Source of the DNA: Parasitella parasitica NRRL 2501
Lineage: Eukaryota; Fungi; Mucoromycota
DNA length: 64,000 bases
Assembly: GCA_025201805.1 (NCBI GenBank)
Contig: MU619277.1
Location: 65,828 to 129,827 of the forward strand
Reading direction: 5' to 3'
Positions within the stretch are counted from its first letter, which is position 1; every line of letters starts with the position of its first letter. Below the pieces are notes generated by a model, which ran no database searches, had not been told where the DNA came from, and was given only the letters and a program-made list of their open reading frames with translations. This document shows, piece by piece, positions 61,498 to 64,000 of the stretch. The position numbers were made by a program, and so were the translations under genes.

Positions 61498-63862
61498 ATG
61501 GCACCTGCGCTTCAAAAGAATACCAAAAAATCTGGCACTATGAAAACTAAAAGCAGAAAGGTGCAAAAGATTGTCCAGAGTTTGGTTGAAAAGAAAAAGA
61601 AGAAAGGTATGTTTCTCAATCAATTTTGTAGTGACGTAAATGTCTAAATCGTGTTTTTTTGTTGTAGACATCGGAAAGAAGCCTGTCTTTAAGGAAATGT
61701 AAGTAAAGTCTGAACTAGACTAGCTGTATTAGTGCTAATGAATACATCTAAGTGAATCAAAGTCTGAGGATGAAGTCATGGAAGACACTCCCGATTCTGA
61801 TGAAGATGATGTATTCAAGGTAAAAATAATTTGTATTCTTGCATAAGATAATGATTGACCAGCTCGAATATTTTACAGAAATTGCAGCGTGTTATGGATG
61901 AGGATTCTGACAATTCCGATAAACAAGTACCTGAAGCCGAAAACGAAGATAGTGGTAGTGATAGTGATCTCCCATCTGACTATGAAAAAGAAATGGCAGT
62001 TGATGAGGATGATGAGAACGAGGGAGAAGAGGTTGATGAAGGTGACGAAGATGAAGAGGATCTGAAAAAAGACATTGAGCAACATAAGAAAGATATGAAA
62101 GCATTAAAGGAGCGTGATCCCGAATTCTATAACTTTTTGCAAAAGGAAGATGATGGACTTTTAGGTTTTGGTGAATCTGGCGATGAAGACGAAGCAGAGC
62201 AGGTTGGAGGTTCTGATGATGACGATGGCCTTTACAGTGATATGGAAGAACCTGAAGAAGATGACGATGACCAAAAACAAGCGGCAGTTCATGTGTTGAC
62301 CAAGACTGAATTATATGAATGGATTGATTCCATTAAATCGAACAAAGATTTCAAAGCCTTTAAGAAGTTATTGTCAGCTTTTAAGACTGCTGCAAGAATG
62401 TCCGAAGAAGATGATAATATTACCTTTGTTTTTAAGATTGAAGATCCTGCCGGTAATATTTCCTATCAATTGTACATTGCATATCAACTGATTTATGAGA
62501 TGTAGTTTTCTCCAAAGTAATTACATCGACGCTTCGGCTTGCACCCATTGTATTCGCGCATCACTTGAAGCCCAAGAAAGAAAATGGATCGCCAATGACC
62601 TCTGGTCGATGGTCATTCTTCAAATCATATGTTAGATCCTATCTCAACAATTTGCTCCACCTTTTGCGCAACTTGACTGATGCTGATATGCTTCGTTTGA
62701 CTATCCGTGAAGCTGAAAAATGCACTAATCTCTACGTTTGTTTTGATCGTCTTGCTAAAGAATACCTGAAAACTCTTTTAAACTCATGGTCCAACCTTGT
62801 TTCCACTGATATTGTGCGTGTACAGGCATTTTTGAGTATCAAATCCTTGGCCACCATCCCTGTGCCTCTCAACAAAGATACCAATCTCCAAGGCTATCTT
62901 GATCTCTGTCTTAAAAATGTCTATTTGACATTCGTCAAGAACTGCAAAAACACAAACTTGCACACTTTACCTGCTATCAACATGATGCGTAACTTGGCTG
63001 TTCAATTATACGGCGTTAACCCTGTCCTCAGTTATCAACAAGGCTTTGTCTATATTCGTCAATTGGCAATTCATCTAAGACAAGCCATGAAGGTTCGTTC
63101 CACTAAAAATCACAATATGGTCTACAATTGGCAATACATTCATTGCATTGATTTCTGGTCTGATGTCTTGAACGCCTATGCTGGTAGTATGATAAATGAA
63201 GAAGAGGAGGTTGTGGAATCTCCTCTAAGCGCTTTGGTTTATCCCTTGACACAAGTCGCTGTTGGTGTGATTCAACTGATTCCTACTGCACAGTTTTATC
63301 CTCTTCGTTTCCACGTACTGCGCTCTCTCAACTCACTCATTCACAATACTAATGTTTTTGTTCCTCTTGCTACTTATGTCTTGGAGGTGTTAGAAGGTAC
63401 AGTTGCTATGGAAAAAGCAAAGCAATCCAATAGTGGCTTACCTACTGATTGGGATTTGGTGTTGAAGGTGAATAAGAAGAGCATTCATGGTCGCATGTAC
63501 CAAGATGAAGTTTTGGATCAATGCGCCAAGGCTTTAAGGAATTACTACAAGGAATATTCTCATCATATTGCTTTTCCTGAAATGGTGGATGCTGATATCA
63601 TTGCTATCAAGCGGTTTGTTAAACTATCAAAAAGTATAAAGGGTAAAGAAAAGTTAGCTAAATTGGCAAAGGATGTAAGTCTTATTCTTTTATTTATATT
63701 TTTCTCTTTCGGCATCTGGTTTATGAACTAACGTTTATTTTGTTGTAGCTTGAGAGCAAAGCCAAGTTTGTTCGTCAACAACGTAGCAAAATTAGTTTCA
63801 GCCCGGAAAATATTACTGAAATTGAAAAGTTTAATAGTGATTTGAAGGCAAAGATGACCTAA
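61498..63862 (+). CDS. NOC2: Nucleolar complex protein 2 (60S biogenesis), multi-exon
   Basis: Acidic N-terminus, HKKDMKALKERDPEFYNFLQ, YQQGFVYIRQLAIHLR, VYNWQYIH, LVYPLTQV, QFYPLRFH and IAFPEM. Confidence 0.95.
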
Positions 63863-64000
63863 GAAGCGAGTATACTTACTCACTTAGAACCTACATACTA
63901 CTCGCGGGTACTTTTTTTTTTTTTCGAATCAGATTATGTAATAAAAATAAACTAGAATTGTATAAATAATCATGTTACTGCTCACCGTGTGCATATGAAT

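Noticed and set aside
1-64000. tRNA, rRNA or bacterial insert
   Set aside because: No cloverleaf or rRNA motifs recognised by eye; nearly all genes, including GSIII and Fanzor, carry spliceosomal introns, arguing against bacterial contamination.

Overview
AT-rich, intron-containing fungal genomic DNA, almost certainly Mucorales (Mucoraceae-like: the divergent carB/carRP carotenoid pair closely resembles Mucor). About 20 host genes can be reconstructed: Ysc84/SYLF protein (partial), Ser/Thr kinase, type III glutamine synthetase, UPF0658-like membrane protein, PWI/SRm160, two putative PP1-docking proteins, carB, carRP, AT-hook-like protein, ABHD11, a large orphan ORF, ACBD5-like, RPS27, Mpr1-like GNAT, BEM46, mini-WIP, STE50, eEF3, NAPE-PLD, DDX59 and NOC2. 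There are two transposon-debris zones (about 26.1-30 kb and 37-43 kb). The most notable object is a short-TIR element (26711-28268) carrying an intron- and NLS-containing, internally deleted Fanzor1 (eukaryotic TnpB-like RNA-guided nuclease). It retains an apparently intact, foldable omegaRNA whose predicted guide lies in the coding sequence of a Tc1/IS630-type transposase, so it may be an RNA guide pre-programmed against another transposon family. All assignments come from manual translation and motif recognition; no database searches were run.
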